Below, piece by piece: positions 1-8,862 of a DNA stretch of 64,000 nt (within the stretch, counting starts at the first letter, position 1; each line of letters opens with the position of its first letter). Under the pieces are notes generated by a model. The model had not been told where the DNA came from. It saw only the letters and a program-made list of their open reading frames with translations, and did not search any database. Both the position numbers and the translations under genes were made by a program. The stretch is from Bdellovibrionales bacterium. Its GTDB lineage: Bacteria; Bdellovibrionota; Bdellovibrionia; Bdellovibrionales; JAGQZY01. The stretch covers positions 75 to 64,074 of the forward strand of contig JBGSNK010000022.1 of the NCBI GenBank assembly GCA_041739665.1. Direction: 5' to 3'.

Positions 1-1
1 T

Positions 2-406
2 TTGGGAATGTTAAGTCTCAAATATTACGCAGAGATGGAGCAGGGTCACATTATTAATATTGGCAGCAACGCCGCTCATGTTGAAGGAGTCGCTTATGAG
101 TATATGGGATTGGCATCAACGTACTATTCAATGACCAAAAAAAGCGTAAAGGAATTCACTTTAACTTTAGCCGACACTCACAGGAACCCGGCTGTGAAAG
201 TCACTTTGCTAGAGCCCGAATTTGTCAATGGTGGCATGGAGCATTCTGAGAACATTGAAAAGACTCTTGAACTTTTGGATAAGGAGTACTTGGCAAGTGT
301 TGTTGCATGGATCCTTAAGCAACCTCCTGAGGTGGAGGTGACACACCTTCGTTTGCGGAACAAACGTTTGTTGAGACAATCTTTTGGTCATAACGTGCAA
401 GAATGA
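2..406 (+). CDS. Short-chain dehydrogenase/reductase, C-terminal part (truncated at window start)
   Basis: GHIINIGS strand followed by catalytic YxxxK (YSMTK) and VKVTLLEP motif typical of SDRs. Confidence 0.75.
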   Translation: MGMLSLKYYAEMEQGHIINIGSNAAHVEGVAYEYMGLASTYYSMTKKSVKEFTLTLADTHRNPAVKVTLLEPEFVNGGMEHSENIEKTLELLDKEYLASVVAWILKQPPEVEVTHLRLRNKRLLRQSFGHNVQE

Positions 407-429
407 GTTGGGAATAGCTTAAAAATTCC

Positions 430-1212
430 TTAGGGTGAGATGCGAGGCCCTTCATATTTGTTAACTTGCTCTTCTAAAAAACTCAGCAAGGCCTCATCGG
501 GAAAATTGAAATAGGGTATGATTGTTAATCTTGGGGTTTGACCTTGATTCCAAAAATCATGGTCATGCCAACTGTTGAAAAGGTAAATTTTCCCCTCTTT
601 ATAGTGTTCAGCATAAATTGGGCCGTCGTCTTTTAATTTGTAGTCTCTGACTCGATGAAGGCATTGATTATTGGTATACAAGGGAATATTGAAAATACAA
701 AGGCGCAGATAGGAAACATCATAAAGTCCATTGTGGTGACTATGCCAAAAAATACCTCCGCCGGGAGCTGTTTTTATAATTCGTGTCCGATTGATATAAG
801 GGGAAATTTTCTGCAAAACCGAAATAGTGTAGGGCATCTTTTGACCCAACGGTGTGACAAAAAATTTTAAGCGTCCCATTTCGTCAAATTGAGCATCAGG
901 TTCTTCAAACAAATGCCCAGGGGCATCTGCCATGCCGTAAAAGTTGTCCGGTATATAATCAACAAGACACTGGCCCTGAAAGCTAGAGTGGTGTTGTTCC
1001 ATATACCATTCTGGCAGTTGTTTATTTGTATGCAAACGGTGGGGATAAAAATCGGTGACTAGAGTCGCCTCTTCACGAAGACGGTTCAGGTCAATGTCGA
1101 GATGTATGGGAAGGTGGGGGATGGATTTTAGCTCGGTGACAAGCCCCTTCCAGCGTTCGAGAACAGCACGCTCCTCCTCTCGCATCAATTCAATCTGCGT
1201 CGTTCTATTCAA
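430..1212 (-). CDS. Fe(II)-dependent DSBH oxygenase, aspartyl/asparaginyl beta-hydroxylase-like
   Basis: RTRIIKTAPGGGIFWHSH...HDFWNQGQTPR cupin pattern; TTG start 1 nt after the upstream stop (alternative ATG at 1185). Confidence 0.6.
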   Translation of the reverse strand: MNRTTQIELMREEERAVLERWKGLVTELKSIPHLPIHLDIDLNRLREEATLVTDFYPHRLHTNKQLPEWYMEQHHSSFQGQCLVDYIPDNFYGMADAPGHLFEEPDAQFDEMGRLKFFVTPLGQKMPYTISVLQKISPYINRTRIIKTAPGGGIFWHSHHNGLYDVSYLRLCIFNIPLYTNNQCLHRVRDYKLKDDGPIYAEHYKEGKIYLFNSWHDHDFWNQGQTPRLTIIPYFNFPDEALLSFLEEQVNKYEGPRISP

Positions 1213-1213
1213 G

Positions 1214-1930
1214 TTACAACTTCACTCTTTGGTAGGGACCTTCGACCAGTTCGATAGTTTTGTCAGTCATCCAGCCAGTCACAATCATGGTCACACGGGC
1301 GGACTTTCCTGCATTAGCTGTGCAATGAACCACATCGCGACTTTCAAAATAGGCCACATCTCCAGCTCGCCATTGTTGCCAGGGAGCATTTCCAAAATTC
1401 CAAAAATGGCCCCAGTCCCAGTCCGTCAACTGAATAACAAATCGTCGCATCATTGAAATTTCAAGGGTTGGGTCCTTATCCATTGCGGGGTGGGAACAAA
1501 AAGTGTCGACATGGATGGGGGCCACCATTCCGGGTGTTTGTCGGTGAATACGTACATCGGGATGTTTCAAGTGAAGTTTTTCGGCCACCTTCATCAGTTT
1601 TTCTGGAACATCATAGGTGCGGTCATACTGCAACATTCCTGTATTGTAGCCCCACTCAACAAAATCATTTTCAATTATGGAATCATGATCTTTACCTTCA
1701 AAGCCATAGTTAGTTGTGCTGACCTGAATGGGGTACTCTAAGCTGGCGATTTCTTTTTGCCAATCCCCTTCGATTCCAAGAAAAACCTTATAGCTATCTG
1801 TTTCTTTCTGCCATTTATCAAAGTGCCATTGGCTGACAGCTTTAGTGTATTCCCATTTGCTAGAAAAATTCTTACGAGCCAGATTATTGCGGCTGATTTC
1901 GTCGCGATTTTGATATTTGATAAAGCCCAT
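1214..1930 (-). CDS. 2OG-Fe(II) oxygenase family protein
   Basis: PGMVAPIHVD (HxD), distal HCTAN, and R in ARVTMIVTG; GGAG precedes the ATG at 1930. Confidence 0.7.
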   Translation of the reverse strand: MGFIKYQNRDEISRNNLARKNFSSKWEYTKAVSQWHFDKWQKETDSYKVFLGIEGDWQKEIASLEYPIQVSTTNYGFEGKDHDSIIENDFVEWGYNTGMLQYDRTYDVPEKLMKVAEKLHLKHPDVRIHRQTPGMVAPIHVDTFCSHPAMDKDPTLEISMMRRFVIQLTDWDWGHFWNFGNAPWQQWRAGDVAYFESRDVVHCTANAGKSARVTMIVTGWMTDKTIELVEGPYQRVKL

Positions 1931-2017
1931 CGTCAGAACTCCCATGAAAGCTTGAGTGAATAAAACGGTCTTAGGTTATGGTTTTTTACATTGAGAGACA
2001 ACCAGATTTTATGGGTC

Positions 2018-3142
2018 TTAATCCCTATCAAGACGCCCTCTCCACTCCAGGAGGCGATTCTTGGCAAAATTGGGGAAGTTGGCATTGTCCTCACGGGCTA
2101 TCTGGAATTGTGGATTTTTCTTGAAAGAGGGAAGACTGTAGCTGACCGTGGCAACCTCTTCACAAGTCCAATTGGCCGAAAACCCCAAAAGAGTTTTTAA
2201 AGACTCCTTGCAGTAATCCAGGCCACGACTCTGAATAGCTTGCATCAGGCCTTCAGCTCCCACATTGAGATTGACGTCAAGAATGTAGGGTTTGCCATCC
2301 TTGTCGATAAGGATGTCCGGAGAGAGGTGACAGTTGTAGAGGCCAATTCTATCTGCAATATCTTGAAAGATTTTTTCAAGCTGTCTAGGAATAGGAACCG
2401 GGCCCAGATGTGCATAGGCTTCACAGCCACTTTCGTTGACAAGGATTTCAGCACTATGAATCAGCTTCACCTGGCCCTGATGGATAAAAATCTCGATACC
2501 GAGTTGCCACTGGTGAATAAGGTACTCTTGTACAATGAAACCACCTTGCTCATCATAGTCTTGATTTTGTTTCAAGAGGTTTGCCAATTGAAGGGGTTGC
2601 CCTGAATTTTCATTCAAAAGAGTTCCTTGAATCAGTGAGGAGTACAGCTCATCAATATTTTCAAATACAAATGTATTTACGGCTCCAGTAGAAAAAGAAG
2701 GTTTTAATACCACAGGCGTACGGCCCCAAAGTTGACTAGAAAAATCAGACTCTTGGGTAGGGAGAATTGTTTTTGGTGAGGGCAGATTCATCTGTTCAAG
2801 AAAGCGGTGCCACCGATCTTTATAGGCTAAAATCTCGGCGGCTTCTTTGCTGTAGAGATTGATGCCAAGTTCCTTAGCGAGGGTTGCCAGGAAGGGGGTG
2901 AGCCGGCAGTTTTGAGTCATCACAAGCGTAGGCTTTGATTGGTGAGCTATTTGTTTCAAGGCCTGCCAGTCATGTAAAGGAACGACATAGTTTTCATCGG
3001 CACATAAAAGCTCATCGTTGCTTTCATGAGATACCAAAACGGATTTTATGTTTAGCTCCCGACAGGCCTTAAGAAAAGGGGTGTGTTTTTCAATGGAACT
3101 AGAACTACTTAATGCCCAAATAAACAATTGAGGAGTCGTCAT
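2018..3142 (-). CDS. ATP-grasp domain ligase
   Basis: KDRWHRFL..PSPKT, VVLKPSFSTGA, FIVQEYL and C-terminal DILIDKDGKPYILDVN motifs; 4 nt overlap with the citrate synthase stop. Confidence 0.75.
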   Translation of the reverse strand: MTTPQLFIWALSSSSSIEKHTPFLKACRELNIKSVLVSHESNDELLCADENYVVPLHDWQALKQIAHQSKPTLVMTQNCRLTPFLATLAKELGINLYSKEAAEILAYKDRWHRFLEQMNLPSPKTILPTQESDFSSQLWGRTPVVLKPSFSTGAVNTFVFENIDELYSSLIQGTLLNENSGQPLQLANLLKQNQDYDEQGGFIVQEYLIHQWQLGIEIFIHQGQVKLIHSAEILVNESGCEAYAHLGPVPIPRQLEKIFQDIADRIGLYNCHLSPDILIDKDGKPYILDVNLNVGAEGLMQAIQSRGLDYCKESLKTLLGFSANWTCEEVATVSYSLPSFKKNPQFQIAREDNANFPNFAKNRLLEWRGRLDRD

Positions 3143-4245
3143 AGTACAGAAAAAGTTCCTGTGTATCTGGCACTGGGTCGGATAATGCGATTATTGAGAG
3201 CCTGCTCTCGAATATGGGCACACCAACCCACATAGCGGCTCATTGTGATAAGGGCTGTATGGTATTCGACAGGAAAGCCAAGAAGGTAGTAAAAGGGGGC
3301 TGAGGCCAGATCCAAGTTTGGAAAAATGGACTTTTTCTCTGAAACCAGTTGAATCAGTTGTTTGACAATGTTTAACCAGCGATCATTCTTGAGTTCGGTA
3401 GAGGCCAACTCTAGAACGTTGAACATCATTGCAAACCTTGGGTCGGGTTGATTTTTGTAAAGGCGATGACCAAATCCGGGAATTCGTTCGCCACCTTGGA
3501 TTTTTGCGTTGAGCCAAGGTCCCACATTTTGCGGACTCTCAATTTCAAGGAGCATTTTCATAATCTCTTCAATAGCCCCGCCGTGAATCTCACCTTTTAA
3601 AGCGTTGATAGCGGCCACCACAGCGCTGCCAAAATCCGATTGGGTCGAGGTGACAACACGAGCGGTATAAGTTGCGGCATTAAATTCATGTTCGGCGTAG
3701 ACAATTCGAGTTTGGTCAAAGGCACGTAGTAAAGAGGTCGAGGGCCTCTCGTTAAAAAACATTTTAAATAGATTGTCTGACTGTTTTAGATTTTTATCGG
3801 GTGTGACTTCTAGCATCGAGTTCTTGAGGCGAAAAGAAGAAGCTAAGAGAGTTGGAATTTTTCCCCACAAGCGGAGCACCTCGCTCTCGAACCGTTGCTC
3901 CTCTGATGTGGGTGAAAAGTTCGCAGAGGAATCAATAGAAATCACTGCACTTAAGAGTTTCATTGGAGGTTGTTCAAGCAATTCCTTGTGCGTCAGAAAA
4001 GAACGCCACGAGGAAGGAAGGTCGCGGTTGGTTTGCTCTATTTTCCAGAAAAAATCAGTGACAGTTGAATCTATGGGAAGTTTCCCTTTTAATAAGAGAT
4101 AAGCTACCGCTTCGAAATCCAAGTCCGAGCGCAGAAGCTCATCTAAGGCATAACCACGATAATAAATTTTAGCATTGTCTACATCTAAGAAAGAGACACT
4201 TGTTTCGTCGACGATTGTCCCTGCTAGGCCTTTGGGGATCTGCAT
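3139..4245 (-). CDS. Citrate/2-methylcitrate synthase family protein
   Basis: KGLAG, YRGY, EHEFNA, HGGA, GFGHRLY, PNLD and IIRP motifs, with catalytic His/His/Asp present. Confidence 0.9.
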   Translation of the reverse strand: MQIPKGLAGTIVDETSVSFLDVDNAKIYYRGYALDELLRSDLDFEAVAYLLLKGKLPIDSTVTDFFWKIEQTNRDLPSSWRSFLTHKELLEQPPMKLLSAVISIDSSANFSPTSEEQRFESEVLRLWGKIPTLLASSFRLKNSMLEVTPDKNLKQSDNLFKMFFNERPSTSLLRAFDQTRIVYAEHEFNAATYTARVVTSTQSDFGSAVVAAINALKGEIHGGAIEEIMKMLLEIESPQNVGPWLNAKIQGGERIPGFGHRLYKNQPDPRFAMMFNVLELASTELKNDRWLNIVKQLIQLVSEKKSIFPNLDLASAPFYYLLGFPVEYHTALITMSRYVGWCAHIREQALNNRIIRPSARYTGTFSVL

Positions 4246-4347
4246 GGGCGGGTTATATATGATGTGAATTTGCAAGTCTATGTCTTATTTAAAAGCATTT
4301 GAAGGGGGCAAGGGAGAATGATATTAAAAGAAAAAGGAGGGGGCGCT

Positions 4348-5238
4348 ATGAAATTGTATGAGAATGATTTCATTGAATATAATTGGTCAAATCGACCCCA
4401 TCGATTCGACGACAATGACGAATTTTCCATTCGCTACAGGCCATGCTCCAGACAACCCCACAATTTTCGCGAAGAGTGTATTGATGTGGCTCGTAAGTTA
4501 GCCCACCAAGCTTCTCAATTAGACCTCCCAATTCGCGTTCTTTTGTCCGGTGGGGTTGATGGCGAGGTTGTCTGTCGCTCTTTTTATGACGCTGGTATCC
4601 CCTTTCAAGCGGTGACAATTCGTTACAAACGCTATCATTGGAGTGAGTGGGATCACGCCGTTCGTTATTGCAAACGCTACGACATTCCCCACTCTGTGAT
4701 TGATGTGGATGAAGACAAGATTCTCCAGGAAGAAGTACCAAAAATTGCGGCCGAATTTCTCTGCAAAGATCCCTATGTCACTTTTGATATCTATCGATTT
4801 AAGTGGGCCGGTGGTTTTCCTGTATTTGGTACTGGAGATCTAGTTTTAGAAAAAAAAGAGAACGGAATTATAAGTCAGGAAACGGGATCCCTCAATGTTC
4901 CGCGTCAGTATCAATTGAAATATAAACAGCCAGGCTGTTATCAATTTTTTCAGTACACGCCAGAAATCATGCTGGCTTTTCTTGAGGATCCTATTATTCA
5001 AAAATGGATCGAGTTAGCTCCGGAGTTAGGCTTTGATGATATTCGATATTTTAAGACTTATATGTACAAGAGCCATTGGCCGGATATGGAAGCCCGCTAT
5101 AAGTACTACGGTTATGAACGTTTTGCCGACAAGTATTTTAAACTCAAAGAGGAGTTAGCAAGGTCCTATTCCTATAAACGAGAGTCTGTGGATATCCCTC
5201 TCACAACACTCTTAAGACAACTTAAAGGCGAGGAGTAA
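4348..5238 (+). CDS. PP-loop (adenine nucleotide alpha-hydrolase / asparagine-synthase-like) protein of unknown function
   Basis: VLLSGGVDG PP-loop; strong AAGGAGG RBS; no glutaminase domain. Confidence 0.6.
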   Translation: MKLYENDFIEYNWSNRPHRFDDNDEFSIRYRPCSRQPHNFREECIDVARKLAHQASQLDLPIRVLLSGGVDGEVVCRSFYDAGIPFQAVTIRYKRYHWSEWDHAVRYCKRYDIPHSVIDVDEDKILQEEVPKIAAEFLCKDPYVTFDIYRFKWAGGFPVFGTGDLVLEKKENGIISQETGSLNVPRQYQLKYKQPGCYQFFQYTPEIMLAFLEDPIIQKWIELAPELGFDDIRYFKTYMYKSHWPDMEARYKYYGYERFADKYFKLKEELARSYSYKRESVDIPLTTLLRQLKGEE

Positions 5239-5286
5239 TTTTAAGTGACCTGCACATTTGCTGGCTACAAATTTTCTTGCTCAGAT

Positions 5287-6564
5287 TTATTTTTTGAAGA
5301 AAGCTTTCACGGCTTGTCGATTGATAGGCTGGGTATAAATTCCAAGTTTCTCCCAAAAGGGATTCTGAATAGTTGGGTCGGGCTCTGCCGTTAAGGTGTC
5401 GGCTTCAAAAATCCACGGATCTTTATCTTTAAATCTTAAAAACAAAGCCCATTCTCCAGGACTTAAATTATCAATAATTTGTTCCAACAGTGGGCTGGCT
5501 TTAAAGATCTTCAATGGAGTCTCGCCCTTTTCGATTTGGTATAAAGCAATTAGAGTGAACAAGTCGGTGCGGCGAGTTTTTTGTAAAATGTGAATTAAAT
5601 CCTTATAAGCTAGATCGAGTCGACCCATGGAAAAATAAGCTTGCGCGCGTAAACGAATAAAAGCCAGACTAGTTTGATCGCCCTTTAAAAGGTCGGCTGT
5701 CTGAGAAAATTCGCCTTTTAAAAGATGAAGAGAACTTTGATAAAAGATCTTCGCTTGTTTCCCCATCTTTGAAATGGCGTTTTCAATAGATGGTATGTCT
5801 CGCACGACAAAGAGGGCAGACATTTTTTGTTGAAAAAAGAGAGTTTCGTGAGGCTTCAATTTTTGAGCCTGAGTGATATGGTAAAGGGCCTGGGTTGGAT
5901 CATCCATTAAAAAAAGAAGGCGTCCTAACTGGCTGTGAGCCATGGCATCGCGCTCATTGAGCTCAAGTAACTGTCGCCATTTTTGTGCGGCTTTTTCTAT
6001 ATGACCATGCATATTCAAAAGTTTGGCTTCGATAGAAAGCATATGAGTCAGATGCTCAGGTGAGGCGTCGAGTTGCATAATCGCCTTTTCAATTTTCACC
6101 ATTTCTGTCAGTGTTTCCATTAACTTTTGCGTTTGACCAGTTTGCTCGTAAAGTTCAACGAGATACCCCAGCTCAATTCGGGGATGAAAAGACAGTTCCG
6201 CTGCTTTTTTGTAAAAAGTCTCTGCAAATTGAATAAGACCCAATTCCATCGAGACATTTCCAAGTAACAACAGGTTATTGTAATGATGGGGGTTCAATCG
6301 GTAAAGGGCGAGTGCCAACTGCAGAGCTTCTTTGAACTCTTTAGACCCATAGGCCACAACAGCTCTCTCAAATTGCGAGTGTTCATCGACTGCAATTGGC
6401 CTTCTGAAAGGCTTATCAAGAAATTGAAGGGTGTACTCTTTGGCAGGTTCTGAAGGCCAAGATTGAACGGCAAAGATATCCTGGCATCGCAGGACTTGTG
6501 AAAACGCGCGGTCGGGTTTGAGTAGAGATAAAATAAGGAATACAATAATTACAAATTGCACCAT
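5287..6564 (-). CDS. Secreted tetratricopeptide-repeat protein
   Basis: Hydrophobic N-terminal signal peptide; multiple TPR-like helical pairs (LGNVSMELG..AETFYKKA; LGRLLFLMD..AL). Confidence 0.7.
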   Translation of the reverse strand: MVQFVIIVFLILSLLKPDRAFSQVLRCQDIFAVQSWPSEPAKEYTLQFLDKPFRRPIAVDEHSQFERAVVAYGSKEFKEALQLALALYRLNPHHYNNLLLLGNVSMELGLIQFAETFYKKAAELSFHPRIELGYLVELYEQTGQTQKLMETLTEMVKIEKAIMQLDASPEHLTHMLSIEAKLLNMHGHIEKAAQKWRQLLELNERDAMAHSQLGRLLFLMDDPTQALYHITQAQKLKPHETLFFQQKMSALFVVRDIPSIENAISKMGKQAKIFYQSSLHLLKGEFSQTADLLKGDQTSLAFIRLRAQAYFSMGRLDLAYKDLIHILQKTRRTDLFTLIALYQIEKGETPLKIFKASPLLEQIIDNLSPGEWALFLRFKDKDPWIFEADTLTAEPDPTIQNPFWEKLGIYTQPINRQAVKAFFKK

Positions 6565-6775
6565 GATAATATCTATAGACCCTCTGGGAGGGGTGGGCAA
6601 ACAATACGTCATTCAATGAAAAAAAGACCAGTTTATTCTGTTTCAGTTGTCGTATTGGTTATCCGCACGTCTTAAAAACAATTCGCTCCATGCAAATTTA
6701 TGGGGTAAAACTTATCGTCGTGTTTTTCTTGAAGCAATTTAATAAGATGCACAATGAGAAACGAGGAGAAATGAC

Positions 6776-7537
6776 ATGAGCGAGCTCAATAATATCTTTA
6801 GCAGCGAAAATACCCATCGAGAGCTAGCCAGCCCCGTTAACTCCGAGGAATTCTGTAAAGTTGTTCGCTCGCGCAGGAGCGTGCGCCGCTTCAGTCAAAA
6901 AAAGATTCCAGAGCCTGTGATGCGAGAGTGTTTAGAATTGGCTCTTCTTGCTCCCAATTCTTCAAACCTTCAGCCCTGGGAGTTTTATTGGGTTCGCGAT
7001 CCAGAAACACGAAAAAAGATCAATCCAGCATTTTTGAATCAGCCTGCTGTCACAACCGCAGCGGAAGTCGTGGTTGCCGTGGCGCGAACTGCTACATGGA
7101 AAAACAATTCCAAAAAGATGATCCAGATGCTTGAAAAAAGTCAGGCCATCGGCGCGATCAAGTATTACAAAAAAATTGTCCCCCTTGCCTACAGTATTGG
7201 TTGTTTTGGAATTCTTGGTTTTTTTAAAAAAATCTTTTTATATTCTATGGGTTTGTTTCAGCCAATGCCTCGCGAAGTGACCAGTCGCGCTGAATTGCAA
7301 ATTTGGGCGGTCAAGACCACAGCCTTGGCCTGTGAAAACCTGATGCTCAGCTTGCGCGCTTTTGGTTTTGACTCTTGCCCGATGGAAGGGATGGATTCAC
7401 GTCGCCTCAAAAAGATTCTCAATCTTCCCAAAGATGCAGTTGTGGTGATGGGGATCAGTGCAGGGGAGCGGGCCGAGGATGGAGTTTATGGTCCGCAAGT
7501 TCGCTTTCCAAGCAATGAATTTATTCGCGAAGTCTAA
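6776..7537 (+). CDS. Nitroreductase family protein
   Basis: RRSVRRF, APNSSNLQPWEF and GFDSCPMEG motifs; GAGGAG RBS. Confidence 0.9.
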   Translation: MSELNNIFSSENTHRELASPVNSEEFCKVVRSRRSVRRFSQKKIPEPVMRECLELALLAPNSSNLQPWEFYWVRDPETRKKINPAFLNQPAVTTAAEVVVAVARTATWKNNSKKMIQMLEKSQAIGAIKYYKKIVPLAYSIGCFGILGFFKKIFLYSMGLFQPMPREVTSRAELQIWAVKTTALACENLMLSLRAFGFDSCPMEGMDSRRLKKILNLPKDAVVVMGISAGERAEDGVYGPQVRFPSNEFIREV

Positions 7538-7543
7538 AGCTTA

Positions 7544-7714
7544 AAAATGGGTCCGCATTCCTTTTGAAATTTCTTGAACCTCAATTTTAGCTCTCAGCCG
7601 GGCTCCTTGCCCTTACTGGTATTTCACCCTACGGGTGAAAACGCGTCCAGCTTGCCAGAGCTAAGAACTACAATTGAGGTTCAAGAAATTTCAAAAGGAA
7701 TGTGGACCCATTTT
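7544..7714. repeat. Palindromic intergenic element with 43-bp arms and a structured core
   Basis: 7544-7586 is the reverse complement of 7672-7714 (1 mismatch); core hairpin tttcaccc-tac-gggtgaaa at 7622-7640; lies between convergent genes. Confidence 0.95.
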
Positions 7715-7723
7715 AATTCTTGA

Positions 7724-8335
7724 TTAGCGCGATGAAGTGCTAAAGTGAAAGCTTGTTTCCACTTCTATGAAGCGACCTTTTAAGGATTCCGGAAGTGGGG
7801 AGTGTCCGCTACTCTTTCTCAGACTGTCAATAGCTGCGCGATTGAGGATCTCAGATGAGCTGGGTTGGGTGATTTGGATATTTTGAATGGTACCATCGCG
7901 GAGAACACGAAAGCGAACTTTCACAATCCCTTGTACCTTGAGTTTGCGCGCAAAGAGCGGATAGCGTTTGTTTTGTTCGAGCTGGTTGTAAAGATTCTGT
8001 ACATACTCGTTGTAGGCGCGACCGCCACCCCCATAGGACTGAAAGCCGGTTTGTCCACTGTATGTGGAATTTTGATGGGATCCTTGATCAATTTCCTTTT
8101 TTCCAGAAGTTGTAGGGTCTGGCAAAGTCGCCAGTCGACTATTTTTTGATTTTTTGTCTGTTTGCGGTGAAGTTTTTTGAAAGCCTATTATCTCAAAAGT
8201 GCCACCGCCGATGCGAGCTGGATATTGCCCCTCTTGTCCCAGTCCGCCAAAGTAGAGCACTGTGGCGACGAGGCCATGGATTCCCAAGGAAACTAAGAAG
8301 GGGTGTATAGTTATATTAAACTTCAATGAGTCCAT
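7724..8335 (-). CDS. TonB family energy transducer (C-terminal TonB domain)
   Basis: N-terminal TM with SLGIH motif; YPLFARKLKVQGIVKVRF...SSSEILNRAA TonB_C pattern. Confidence 0.85.
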   Translation of the reverse strand: MDSLKFNITIHPFLVSLGIHGLVATVLYFGGLGQEGQYPARIGGGTFEIIGFQKTSPQTDKKSKNSRLATLPDPTTSGKKEIDQGSHQNSTYSGQTGFQSYGGGGRAYNEYVQNLYNQLEQNKRYPLFARKLKVQGIVKVRFRVLRDGTIQNIQITQPSSSEILNRAAIDSLRKSSGHSPLPESLKGRFIEVETSFHFSTSSR

Positions 8336-8341
8336 TTTGCC

Positions 8342-8368
8342 TCATCGACTTTTTTTTCCATTCAATGA
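8342..8368 (-). promoter_or_regulatory. Putative sigma28-like promoter of the TonB-family gene
   Basis: TCAT-N15-GTCGATGA on the minus strand, 6 nt before the ATG. Confidence 0.45.
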
Positions 8369-8406
8369 AGTCACTTGTCTCAATTCGATACAATAGAAAC
8401 AAAAAC

Positions 8407-8862
8407 TCAAAGTTGCAGTTTTTTTCGGATAGCTTCAACGCGGTTTCGATTGGCACCCAAATCGGAATAACCCACCCGTGACTCGGACTTGATATGAATG
8501 ATGCCGTTTTCTCGATCCAACAAAAATTCCACATCATCTACAAACTTAAGTAAGGGTGTTTTTGCTGTGCAATGAATGTAGTTTTCTTGGCTCGTCACAG
8601 GAGTGAGACCTAAGTCGTGGAGGCCCATTTGTAAATTGTCCCAGACCACTTCGATATTATCGGCGTGCAAAGGCTTGATGAAAGATTTGTGACTTTGCGA
8701 GGAGAGACTAGAAACACAATTCGGTTTGTCGGAACACTCCTTTAACAAGCCCTGTTCAATTCCTGTATTTCCAGGGTTCGTACGACTTTTAATTGCCTGC
8801 CAAAACATAGAACCTCCAAAGAGTGCGACGACAAGAAACAAAATACCAAGAAAGATTTTCAT
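8407..8862 (-). CDS. DUF1499 family protein
   Basis: CSDKPNCVSS, FVDDVEF and SESRVGYSDLGANRNRVE signature. Confidence 0.9.
   Translation of the reverse strand: MKIFLGILFLVVALFGGSMFWQAIKSRTNPGNTGIEQGLLKECSDKPNCVSSLSSQSHKSFIKPLHADNIEVVWDNLQMGLHDLGLTPVTSQENYIHCTAKTPLLKFVDDVEFLLDRENGIIHIKSESRVGYSDLGANRNRVEAIRKKLQL

Noticed and set aside
1..5238. Prophage remnant, RiPP (graspetide/lasso) cluster or prp methylcitrate operon
   Set aside because: No phage structural or integrase genes, no visible precursor peptide or lasso B protein, and no prpB/prpD within the window. Upstream sequence is missing, so a RiPP cannot be fully excluded.
7544..7714. Simple bidirectional terminator
   Set aside because: It may terminate transcription, but 43-bp arms and a core shared with the 36 kb elements indicate a repeat family rather than a plain terminator.
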